Below are positions 30,773-39,232 of a stretch of DNA of 64,000 bases, piece by piece. Source of the stretch: an uncultured Spirochaetota bacterium. GTDB taxonomy: Bacteria > Spirochaetota > Brevinematia > Brevinematales > JAOACQ01. The translations under genes and the position numbers were made by a program. The notes under the pieces are model-generated. The model was not told the DNA's origin. It did no database searches and saw only the letters and a list, made by a program, of their open reading frames with translations. The first letter of the stretch is position 1, and each line of letters starts with the position of its first letter. The stretch covers positions 224,001-288,000 of the forward strand of contig CAWAOD010000009.1 of assembly GCA_963783575.1 (NCBI GenBank), in the 5' to 3' direction.

Positions 30773-32485
30773 TTATTTTTTCAAATAGACATCAACAATC
30801 CAGCCCTTCAAGGTCCCGCCTTTTCCGTCAGGGTCGCCTGTGTCGATGTAAACCCAGGATCCATTTTTACCGCCCGCGCTGAAAGCGTTATTTGACCGGT
30901 TTATCAGGCTAACCTTTGCGCCCCGGCTTAAAGTCAGCAGCACCTGGCTGTTCGTACCGGAGCCGGACCTGACGCGGATATTATCCCCTGTTATCGTATA
31001 TAAATCCATATTAGAATCTTTTTTCATTTTTCCCTGGCTTAAAAGTTTGATGATGTAAATTTTGACAGGGTCGTTATCCGCCGGGGGATATTGAACCCCT
31101 GAACCGATATAATCCCTTGCCGTCAAGCCTTTATGATCTTTTACGCCGGGATTGGCCCCAGCCCCAATTAATAATTCAATATCGTTTGTTTCCACTTGCG
31201 CTGCCGCTGCCATTAAAGCCGTTTTACCTTCATCATTCGTTACGTTAACATCAGCACCGTTTTTAATCAATACATCCATTACATTTTTTTTACCCACCGC
31301 GCTGAACAAAGCTGTAAAACCATCACCAGTTTTTGCATTGACATCGGCCCCCGCAGCAATTAAAGCTTTTACCGTCTCCGGATGGCTGTTTTGGGCCGAT
31401 AACATCAAAACTGTAGTACCTTGTTTATCGCATGTATTGACATCTGCCCCTGCCGCGATCAAAACTCTCACCGCGTCCTGCTGGTTTTTTTCATCCGCGA
31501 ATACCAGGGCCGAATCACCGTAATTTTTATCCTTCGCATTGAGATCGGCATCCGCTTCGATCAGGGCTTTAAGCGCGTTAGTATTGCCGTTTTGAGCCGC
31601 TAGCATAAGCGCAGTCATACTGTCTTTATTGACCGCGTTGATATCGGCACCTAGCGTTGTCCAGACTTTGATCGCGTTCGTGTCGTCTTTTTCTGCAGCT
31701 TCAAACAATAAAATCCTGAATTTTTCCTTAACCGCAGCATCCACCTTCGCACCCGCCGCGATCAATACCTGAACCGCGTCGGCCTTTCCGCTATTGGCCG
31801 CTATCGTTAAAGCAGTATTTCCATGTTTATCTTCCATTGTTATATCAGCATTCGCCGATAATAATTCTTTCACTGCCTCTTTACTGCAGTTTCTGGAGGC
31901 ATACATCAAAGCTGTCCATCCATCTGTCTTGTTTTTCGTGTTGACATCGGCATGAGCGTTAATCAACGCTTTCAGCAAAACCGGTTCCGGTATGCTTTGA
32001 TCGGCGGTTTTCATTAAAACAGTTTTGCCGTCTTCATCCTGCACGCCGACATCCGCGCCCGCCTCAATTAAAATTTTAACAATTTCAACCTTGTTATCGT
32101 CATAGCTTCCTGCCGTAAGCATCAAAACCGTCTCACCGGATCGGGTTTCCCTGGCATTTACATCAGCCTTCGCAACGATCAATATTTTAACCGCCTCTGT
32201 TTTGCCTTCTACCGCAGCCATCATCAAAGCCGTTCTGTCATTATACCCTTTGTATTTCGCGTTAACATCGGCATGTTTATCGATCAATGCTTTCATGGCA
32301 TCCAGGCGGCCAATTCCCGACGCCAGCATCAAAGCCGTCCTTCCATATTGATCACCCATATTGACATCGCCTTGAAAACCATTAATAAACTCAGCATCAT
32401 TGTTGGTCGCCGCAGTAAACAAGTTCTTTTCTGCAAAAGTTAAGACAGGTATTACAATCAGGATAAAAATTAACCACTTTTTCAT
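30773..32485 (-). CDS. Exported ankyrin-repeat protein D with C-terminal SH3b-like domain
   Basis: Signal peptide, ankyrin repeats, then ITGDNIRVRSG.GT...L.RG..V...WVYI...GWI...YL. Confidence 0.9.
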   Translation of the reverse strand: MKKWLIFILIVIPVLTFAEKNLFTAATNNDAEFINGFQGDVNMGDQYGRTALMLASGIGRLDAMKALIDKHADVNAKYKGYNDRTALMMAAVEGKTEAVKILIVAKADVNARETRSGETVLMLTAGSYDDNKVEIVKILIEAGADVGVQDEDGKTVLMKTADQSIPEPVLLKALINAHADVNTKNKTDGWTALMYASRNCSKEAVKELLSANADITMEDKHGNTALTIAANSGKADAVQVLIAAGAKVDAAVKEKFRILLFEAAEKDDTNAIKVWTTLGADINAVNKDSMTALMLAAQNGNTNALKALIEADADLNAKDKNYGDSALVFADEKNQQDAVRVLIAAGADVNTCDKQGTTVLMLSAQNSHPETVKALIAAGADVNAKTGDGFTALFSAVGKKNVMDVLIKNGADVNVTNDEGKTALMAAAAQVETNDIELLIGAGANPGVKDHKGLTARDYIGSGVQYPPADNDPVKIYIIKLLSQGKMKKDSNMDLYTITGDNIRVRSGSGTNSQVLLTLSRGAKVSLINRSNNAFSAGGKNGSWVYIDTGDPDGKGGTLKGWIVDVYLKK

Positions 32486-32503
32486 AAAATAATCCCCCTT
32501 TAA

Positions 32504-33487
32504 TTAATCCCCGCCGCGGAGATTTTCACCGTTCTTGTTTTTTCCGCCCTGTACTTTTTCAAGTACGGAGCCGTCCGGATTCATTATGTATTCCGTCCCG
32601 GAAAATGAAAACTCGACAATACCGCCCCTCATAAAATGGATTTTACCTTTTTTATCGATTGAAGGCTGAATGTCGATTTTCGTTTCGCTGAATGTAAGCC
32701 TTTTCAGTTCATTATTGGTGATGCTGTATGAATAGATCGAATTGTCATTGCAGAAAACAAATTTGTAGGTTCCTGGAAACCAGGCAATATCGGGACCGTA
32801 TGGCGGGCTGGAATAAATGTTATCAGCCCCGTTTATTTTCGTGATTATTCCCGGTTTTGAGGCCACAAAAAGACAGGGTTTGCCGTTTTCGACTCCGGCA
32901 ATTACGATATAAAACTGGTCGAAAGAATAAGAAAAATAATTTTCAATCTGAACTGGCCCCAGATCCGTTTTATATAATTTTGCCAGAAAGGTTTGACCGC
33001 CGTTCTCCGATAAATAAAGTGAATCGTTAGTGATAATAAAGGAATTTTGATCGAAATTTTTCAATAATTCAGAATATTCCCGGAGATTTCTGATGCTTTT
33101 CAGGTCAGAATCGGTTTGAATATTCCTTAACATCCTTTGAGGATTCAAATGCAGCGACATTTTCAGGGAATAAAAAAGCTCATTTAAATCGGCCTGCTCC
33201 TTGTTTTCATACTGCAGCGACAGGGTACAGGCCAGGTTGTAATAAGGAACGATATAAAATGAATTCAGGTTTATGGAATTGCGGAAAAGCTGAACCGCGT
33301 CCGAATATTGCTTTTTAAGATACAGACGGTATCCGTAAGTGTTCAAAGTAATTTCATTTATATTTTTGTCCGAAAAACCGTTTCTTGCCAGAATCGGGCG
33401 GTAATCCGAGGCTTCATTAATATCCCGGCAGTATAAACCGCCCGCGGACAGAGAAAAGAATAAAATTAAAAAATAAACTGGCTTCAT
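32504..33487 (-). CDS. Exported TPR-containing protein with TolB-like beta-rich C-terminus
   Basis: Signal peptide; LN..GY.LY..K.Y..A...F, PYYNLAC, DSDL.SIR; C-terminal IAW.P, KRLT, YIMNPDGS. Confidence 0.7.
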   Translation of the reverse strand: MKPVYFLILFFSLSAGGLYCRDINEASDYRPILARNGFSDKNINEITLNTYGYRLYLKKQYSDAVQLFRNSINLNSFYIVPYYNLACTLSLQYENKEQADLNELFYSLKMSLHLNPQRMLRNIQTDSDLKSIRNLREYSELLKNFDQNSFIITNDSLYLSENGGQTFLAKLYKTDLGPVQIENYFSYSFDQFYIVIAGVENGKPCLFVASKPGIITKINGADNIYSSPPYGPDIAWFPGTYKFVFCNDNSIYSYSITNNELKRLTFSETKIDIQPSIDKKGKIHFMRGGIVEFSFSGTEYIMNPDGSVLEKVQGGKNKNGENLRGGD

Positions 33488-33586
33488 ATTCGCCTCCTTA
33501 ATCAGTTAAACGTTATGTCAAAAGTTTTGATTGTAAATTTTTAATAACTTATTACTCTGTTTAATATTAAACACTGTTTCATACTC

Positions 33587-33748
33587 TCCCCTCCCGCGGA
33601 GGGGCTAGGGGTGGGTTTCTTTTATATCGATTTAATAATTTTTCTTTATACAATCTTTAATATAAACAGAAACTCCCTCAGCATTATTTACAACTTCTTT
33701 GTCTGTGAATCTCAAGAATTTCTACCTAAACCCCTCCGCGGGAGGGGA
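33587..33748. repeat. Pair of inverted REP-like GC-rich palindromes
   Basis: 18-bp tcccctcccgcggagggg at 33587-33604 and its exact reverse complement at 33731-33748; each copy is itself a hairpin (cccctcc-cgc-ggagggg). Confidence 0.85.
33632..33721 (-). pseudogene. 3' remnant of a DUF559 (Vsr-like) endonuclease gene
   Basis: Hand translation KFLRFTDKEVVNNAEGVSVYIKDCIKKNY* matches the LRF.N.EV..N.EGV...I C-terminus typical of DUF559. Confidence 0.65.
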
Positions 33749-33916
33749 AATGATAAAACCGACATTATTCTCATATTCCTCTATTGCTTCAATTATAAAA
33801 CTTGAATTTGAGAAAAATGCTGAAGCGATATTAATATCAACATTATCTGCATATTTTCTTAATACTTTCCCAAAATAATCATCTCTTGAAGATGAATTTG
33901 AATAAAGTTTTTCCAT
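33722..33916 (-). pseudogene. Truncated N-terminal fragment, possibly a PLD-like nuclease domain
   Basis: AGGAG RBS; INIASAFF motif reminiscent of PLD-family nuclease N-termini; frame runs into and stops at the REP-like repeat. Confidence 0.45.
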
Positions 33917-34011
33917 AGTATACTCCTATGAAAAATACATTTAATATAAAAAATTACTATCTTTTTAAATGTATTAAACTCAAAAAATTTATTGGTCAAG
34001 CTTCACGCATG

Positions 34012-35334
34012 CTAAAGTACTTTGGATCCCCATTCGCTGAGAGTAATGTCAATGACTTTTTCAAACCGGAGAATTTCCATTAGTTTATGGTCGTCCAGCG
34101 GGATTTGCATCAGCCCCTCTTTTACTTTATAATATTCCTTAATTTTTGCAAAAGTGTTCAATTCATCCAACGCCCTGTTTTCCGCAACCTGTATATATTT
34201 TAGCGAATCCACTTTTTTCGCCAGTTCTTCGGGAAGGACCAGAATCGACCAGCCGTTAAAAACTCTGTCAAAGATATCATATGAGAATTGGGTACGGGCG
34301 ATTTCTGAAAATGCGAGGCTTTTTACCAGTGTGTTACCATGCTTCAGGGTGACCTTTTCCCTGCTGATTTCCAAAGAGTATTGCCCTGATGCCAGTATGT
34401 TTTTAAATATCAATAAAAAACCGAAAAACATTAAAATCAGGGCGATAAACGTTGTTATAAAAAGAACAGGGAAGGGGGTATGGCTTCCGGAAGCAATTTT
34501 AGATAAGAAGATTCCGGTAAGGGAAAGGAACATCAAACCGCCGCTTTCCAGCATAAAAAATCCCATCAAATTTAAAAAGATATTGAGATTGTTTTTCCAT
34601 GAAAAGACTGTCTTGCCTTCCCGGATTGCTTTTTTTATGGTTCGAGGCAGGATTGTTTCTTTCTCAGGCCCCGATAGATTACCTGAAAGATCAACATTCT
34701 TTAAAAGATAATCCAGCCTTTCCCTGGCGTCTTTTTCATTAACCGCATAGAACAGGTCCCACCAGGCACCATCCTTTTTTGTGAAATAAACAACATAAAA
34801 ATGAGTATATCTGTCGTAAATATATTTATTAGTGCTGTCGGCCTGCCTGGTAACAGTTTCCACACGCATTTGAAAGGATGTGATTTCACCAAATGGAATA
34901 AAGCCCGACTCATGGTATTTATCTTTCAGAATAAAACGCCTTGTTGTTAGATCAAAATAACCTTCTTTGAACCTCAATTTTGTTATGGAACGCCCATAAG
35001 CAACGATCAACAATGGAATTAAGAAAACAATTAATCCGAATAAAAGCATTAGACTGCTCTGAAAAAACATTTGCCACCAATCAGCCAGTTTTATTGTAAT
35101 ATGTTTGCCGCTTAAAAGCTGAACAAAATTTACCCAAATCCGCGTATTATCTGTTTTATTAAAAAGAGCCAGCCATCCTGTAGAACCTCTGTAGATCAAG
35201 ATTGCAGCAACAGTGTATGCAGCCAGCCAGAAAAAGGCCATAATTAAAGCAAACCTGATTTTTGCGCCCAATTTGATATCGCCAGGTATTAACCCGTAAT
35301 AAAATGTGAGATTATCCTGATTCTGCCTGTTCAT
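34012..35334 (-). CDS. Multi-TM DGxxWDLF-family protein, paralogue 3 (divergent)
   Basis: KKDGAWWDLF and FSWKNN motifs, same TM layout; start moved to ATG 35334 after AAGGAGG. Confidence 0.8.
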   Translation of the reverse strand: MNRQNQDNLTFYYGLIPGDIKLGAKIRFALIMAFFWLAAYTVAAILIYRGSTGWLALFNKTDNTRIWVNFVQLLSGKHITIKLADWWQMFFQSSLMLLFGLIVFLIPLLIVAYGRSITKLRFKEGYFDLTTRRFILKDKYHESGFIPFGEITSFQMRVETVTRQADSTNKYIYDRYTHFYVVYFTKKDGAWWDLFYAVNEKDARERLDYLLKNVDLSGNLSGPEKETILPRTIKKAIREGKTVFSWKNNLNIFLNLMGFFMLESGGLMFLSLTGIFLSKIASGSHTPFPVLFITTFIALILMFFGFLLIFKNILASGQYSLEISREKVTLKHGNTLVKSLAFSEIARTQFSYDIFDRVFNGWSILVLPEELAKKVDSLKYIQVAENRALDELNTFAKIKEYYKVKEGLMQIPLDDHKLMEILRFEKVIDITLSEWGSKVL

Positions 35335-35360
35335 CCATTCCTCCTTTCTTAACAAGCGTG

Positions 35361-35416
35361 CCCCTTTGGTTCGGCCTCCGGCGTAGACAGGCCAGGCAGG
35401 CAAGCTCACCACAGGC
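35361..35416. repeat. REP-like sequence left of the IS
   Basis: cccctttggttcggc...caggcaggcaagctcaccacaggc, continuing as gctcagggcaggc on the far side of the IS. Confidence 0.55.
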
Positions 35417-35419
35417 TAA

Positions 35420-37110
35420 CAGACTGTGTGAAAACTCAGTAAAATTTTATAGTAAAATCGATTAATTATACAAAAACTCCATTTTTTGATATATTTTTCA
35501 AGCTAAAAAAATCTTAGTTTAAAAAATCTATCCGAATACGATAAACGATGGTTTATTAGCATCAAACCAGAGTCATAAGTCTCTTTATTCCCAATATATT
35601 CAATACTTTTATTAAATTATGAATGAATCCTGCCAAACTGGATTCCGTCAGAACGCCATCCTTTCCCTTCATTAAAAAATAACTGTAACCCATATTCCTT
35701 TTTATCGATCCAAATGGATGTTCACATATCTCTTTCCTTTTCTCTATGATCTTTTTCCCGGCTTCAGAACGAATTTTCCTCTTGAAGTTCTCAATTTCTT
35801 CTTTTCTAACTGGTACTTTGATACTTCGTCCTTCCACGCTTTCAGTACACTTATTTCTTACTTCACATTGGCTGCATAAGCCGCACTTGTACCTGACTAT
35901 CTCTTTTCCTCCATTGACCTTCTCTACTTTTTTCCCATTTCTCACTAATGGGTTTCCCTCCGGACAATAATAAACATCTTGTCCCGGATCATATTTGAAT
36001 TTATCAACCTGGTATTCTTCAGCAGGTACTCCTTTATTATCTTCTTTGCCTCGAATCCTTGCCTTATGTCCGTCATCCGGATTCGGCATATATACGTTAT
36101 GTCCCTTATCTATACATTCCAGTATCTGCGGTTCGCTGTAATAACCGACATCCGATACTTTGACCGTTTCAGTCTCTACCTTAAGCTCGTCCTTTATTTC
36201 TTCTACTCGGTCACACATTCCTGCCATCTGTTTGATATCATTGTTTTCATTCGTCACATCAATCGCCACAATCAGTTTATTCGCATCATCTACTGCCATC
36301 TGCAGATTATATGCAATGTCGGATTTCCCTTTATCATTCATAAACCGGCTTTCCGGGTCATTTGAATAATATTTCTCCATTTCAGGATTTCCCTCAAAAA
36401 TCTTTTTAATAGCCTCAACTTTATCCTTTTTTGTTTTCATTTTCTTTAAACGTTCCGCTATCTTTCCGGAAAGAAATTCAAATTCATTCTTTTCTTCCTT
36501 ATCGTTCTTATCCATCTCGTTCAAATATTCTTCGATCTTTTGATCTATTCTATGTATGATTTCTTCTATGTTTTTCCTATGATAAACATTGTTATTGTGG
36601 TTTTGCGCACTGATCTTGGTTCCATCAATTCCAACAACGTCAAATGATAAAAGCCCGGCTTTATGACATATCTTCAAAAATTCTCTGAATATCGACTGTA
36701 TTCCCTTCTTATTATCTTTCCTGAAGTCGGCAATCGTCTTGAAATCCGGCGCTAGTCGTCCAGTCAGCCACATCAACTCTGTGTTTCTTCGGCACTCTCT
36801 CTCTAATTTCCTGCTTGTCCTGATTTTATTCAAATATCCGTAAATATAGATTTTTAAAAGTATTTCGGATTTATATGAACTTCTGCCGGTTGATGCTTCT
36901 TTTACTTTAAAACCAACTCCTTTCATATTTAGCTTATCAACAAAAATATCTATAAACCTTACCGGATCTTCTTCTCCTAACAGATCTTCCAGTGTTTCAT
37001 TGAACAGAACTATCTGATCCCTTGATTCTCCCTCAATATGCTTCATCTCTTACTCCGATTATTTTTGTTCTAATAATTATAGCATATTTACTGTGTTTTC
37101 ACACAGTCTG
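35420..37110 (-). mobile_element. IS1182-family insertion sequence
   Basis: 24-bp terminal inverted repeats cagactgtgtgaaaac(t/a)cagtaaa (23/24) at 35420-35443 and 37087-37110; TAA duplicated on both flanks. Confidence 0.93.
35562..37046 (-). CDS. IS1182-family transposase
   Basis: R.Q..L, LLKIYIYGYL, SRKLEREC, PDFKTIADFR, IDGTK, D.GY, EHPFG.IK. Confidence 0.95.
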   Translation of the reverse strand: MKHIEGESRDQIVLFNETLEDLLGEEDPVRFIDIFVDKLNMKGVGFKVKEASTGRSSYKSEILLKIYIYGYLNKIRTSRKLERECRRNTELMWLTGRLAPDFKTIADFRKDNKKGIQSIFREFLKICHKAGLLSFDVVGIDGTKISAQNHNNNVYHRKNIEEIIHRIDQKIEEYLNEMDKNDKEEKNEFEFLSGKIAERLKKMKTKKDKVEAIKKIFEGNPEMEKYYSNDPESRFMNDKGKSDIAYNLQMAVDDANKLIVAIDVTNENNDIKQMAGMCDRVEEIKDELKVETETVKVSDVGYYSEPQILECIDKGHNVYMPNPDDGHKARIRGKEDNKGVPAEEYQVDKFKYDPGQDVYYCPEGNPLVRNGKKVEKVNGGKEIVRYKCGLCSQCEVRNKCTESVEGRSIKVPVRKEEIENFKRKIRSEAGKKIIEKRKEICEHPFGSIKRNMGYSYFLMKGKDGVLTESSLAGFIHNLIKVLNILGIKRLMTLV

Positions 37111-37113
37111 TAA

Positions 37114-37290
37114 GCTCAGGGCAGGCTGCTTGACCCAGGTGTAGATTCCTTACGCAACAAAGTTGCGTATAGCTCTGCAGAGTTTATCCCGAGCTCTGCC
37201 GAGGGAATTCCATCAGAAGATGCTTCCAGTTGCGATGCACTGAGTTTATCGAAGTGTTCTGACATTAATACCTCAAGGCTCTACCTTGAG
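37114..37290. repeat. Cluster of REP-like repeats and short hairpins right of the IS
   Basis: gctcagggcaggc; tacgcaac-aaa-gttgcgta; gtttatcccgagctctgccgaggg; gcactgagtttatcgaagtg; ctcaagg-ctcta-ccttgag. Confidence 0.6.
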
Positions 37291-37461
37291 TATTCTTTAT
37301 TGTTACCAAGGCACGAGAGCCGGAACGGGGCGGAGAATGCTCATTATATCTCCTGCCTGTTCATCAAAGCATTATGCGAATGGTTATACCCTATCGCTGA
37401 AATTCTCTGTCCCGGGCTCTCAACCCAACCCGGAAATATAAATTTATTGTCCTGAAACAGA

Positions 37462-38355
37462 TTATTTGATTTTATCTTTGAAGATGGTTTTCACGGATTC
37501 CAAAACATCTGCCGGCAGAACGACAAACTTTGAGTTCTGGGAATCTCCGAGCCTGATAAGCCCTTTGATATATTCCTGGCCGAGCAGGTAGGTTATCGGA
37601 TCGCTGCCCTCTCCTTTTAACGATTCCCCCACATATTTTATGGCATTCGCTTCGGCCTGCGCCAGTCTTTCGCGGGCCTCGGCATCACGGAGAGCAGATT
37701 CTTTCCTGCCTTCAGCCTGGAGTATCTGTGCACGCTTAAAGCCTTCGGCTTCGGTCATTGCTGCTTCCCTTTTGGCTTCCGCGTTTAAAATAGTTGCGCG
37801 TTTTTCCTGTTCGGCCTTTTTCTGGAGGGCCATCGCCTGTGCGAGCTGCTCCTGCGGAGAAACATCTTTAAGTTCAACGCGGGTAATTTTGATTCCCCAT
37901 GCGTCGGTAGCCTCATCAAGAATTGTCAACAGTTCCATATTGATCTTTTCCCTTGATGAGAAGGATTCGTCCAGCGTCAATTTTCCCATAAGCGAACGCA
38001 GGGTTGTCAAAGCGAGATTTGTAATAGCCAGGGTGGAATCCTGAATTCCGTAGCAGGCTTTATATGGGTCCATCACTTTGTAAAAAACAACGGCATCCAC
38101 TATAACCGTAGCGTTATCCTTGGTAATTATCCCCTGTGTGGGAAGAATGAGCACCTGTTCACGGATGTCAATCCGGAAGGCAATTTTAGCAAACATAGGG
38201 TTGATTAAGTTTAATCCCGGGGTCAGAATACGAGAAAACTTCCCAAATTGTTCCACAATATGATTTTCAGCCTGGGGGACAACCCGGACTCCCTTTAAGA
38301 TCAATAGAATTACGACAAATGCAACCGCGATAATAATAATATAAGTAAAAGTCAT
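37462..38355 (-). CDS. SPFH/band 7 (stomatin/QmcA-like) protein
   Basis: N-terminal TM, ITKDNA...DAV, TTLRS..G...LDE, WG.KITRVELKD, AEG..A.IL.AEG. Confidence 0.93.
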   Translation of the reverse strand: MTFTYIIIIAVAFVVILLILKGVRVVPQAENHIVEQFGKFSRILTPGLNLINPMFAKIAFRIDIREQVLILPTQGIITKDNATVIVDAVVFYKVMDPYKACYGIQDSTLAITNLALTTLRSLMGKLTLDESFSSREKINMELLTILDEATDAWGIKITRVELKDVSPQEQLAQAMALQKKAEQEKRATILNAEAKREAAMTEAEGFKRAQILQAEGRKESALRDAEARERLAQAEANAIKYVGESLKGEGSDPITYLLGQEYIKGLIRLGDSQNSKFVVLPADVLESVKTIFKDKIK

Positions 38356-38381
38356 TTCCGTTTCCTCCTATTAAAATTATT

Positions 38382-38846
38382 TTATCGGGTGTTTTCAGCT
38401 TTCAATTTTTGAACGACAAGATTTATACCTCTTGATTCGATTACCGATACTTCCTCATTTTCCATTATGGTTTCGGATGATTCCGCTTTCCATTCCTTCA
38501 GCCCATGAAAAGCGTCATATAAACGTATTTTTCCAGGTTTCCCCGGTTCTATTTTTAAAATCACTTTCCCTCGCAGGTTAATCAGCGTTGGGTCGCGAGC
38601 ATCCGCGGGTTTCAATTTTCCCATCAGTTTTTTGAAAAATAGAAACCAGACGGCCAGAAATACTATTGATGAGCTAAAAAATACCATCCACTGATAAAAG
38701 GGCGTCTTAACGATCCCTGTTAAACAAAAAACACCGGTTATTATTCCGCCGACACCAAACCAGAATATAACAAAACCCGGCAGGATTATTTCCACTCCCA
38801 TCAGAACCAATCCCAGAGCAATCCAGACAGGCCAGGCAAATCCCAT
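38382..38846 (-). CDS. NfeD-like C-terminal (YbbJ-type) membrane protein
   Basis: W..LG..LM..EI..PGF...WFG TMs plus OB-like W.A....V.V..G..L.V; directly upstream of SPFH. Confidence 0.88.
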   Translation of the reverse strand: MGFAWPVWIALGLVLMGVEIILPGFVIFWFGVGGIITGVFCLTGIVKTPFYQWMVFFSSSIVFLAVWFLFFKKLMGKLKPADARDPTLINLRGKVILKIEPGKPGKIRLYDAFHGLKEWKAESSETIMENEEVSVIESRGINLVVQKLKAENTR

Positions 38847-39232
38847 AAATTCCCCCTAAAATATTTACCATACAATATTTCCCCGCCTTCAATCATTCAT
38901 AAAACTTTTGACACTGCTACCTTACCAGTTTAACCGGATTTTAAATAATTAATTTTACTGGCTGAGTAAAAGTTTAAGCAATAGAATTCAGATTTCGTAT
39001 AATGTCTATAAAAATATTATTTAATTTAAATCAGTAATAGTTTAGCATTAATTATGCACCATTGTCAATAACATTTGGAATATCCGGGGTTTTTTATGAT
39101 TTTTTATTACCAGTCTGTCAGCAGCCAGTTAGCTAGTAAAATTGGAATAATTTAATATTTTGACTTAGCAACACAATTTCTTTAGTCTATTTGTATCAAT
39201 AATTCATTTTCAAAAATTCAAGGAGACAAGCG

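Noticed and set aside
24273..31603. Many plus-strand ORFs with TSAPA.I.AL periodicity
   Set aside because: Antisense shadows of the ankyrin repeats
35323..37365. 13-nt match ctgcctgttcatc at the paralogue 3 start and at about 37353
   Set aside because: Short, with no extension; may be chance
17535..38846. Integron cassette array
   Set aside because: Genes are co-oriented, but no consistent RYYYAAC...GTTRRRY attC hairpins in the spacers inspected and no IntI
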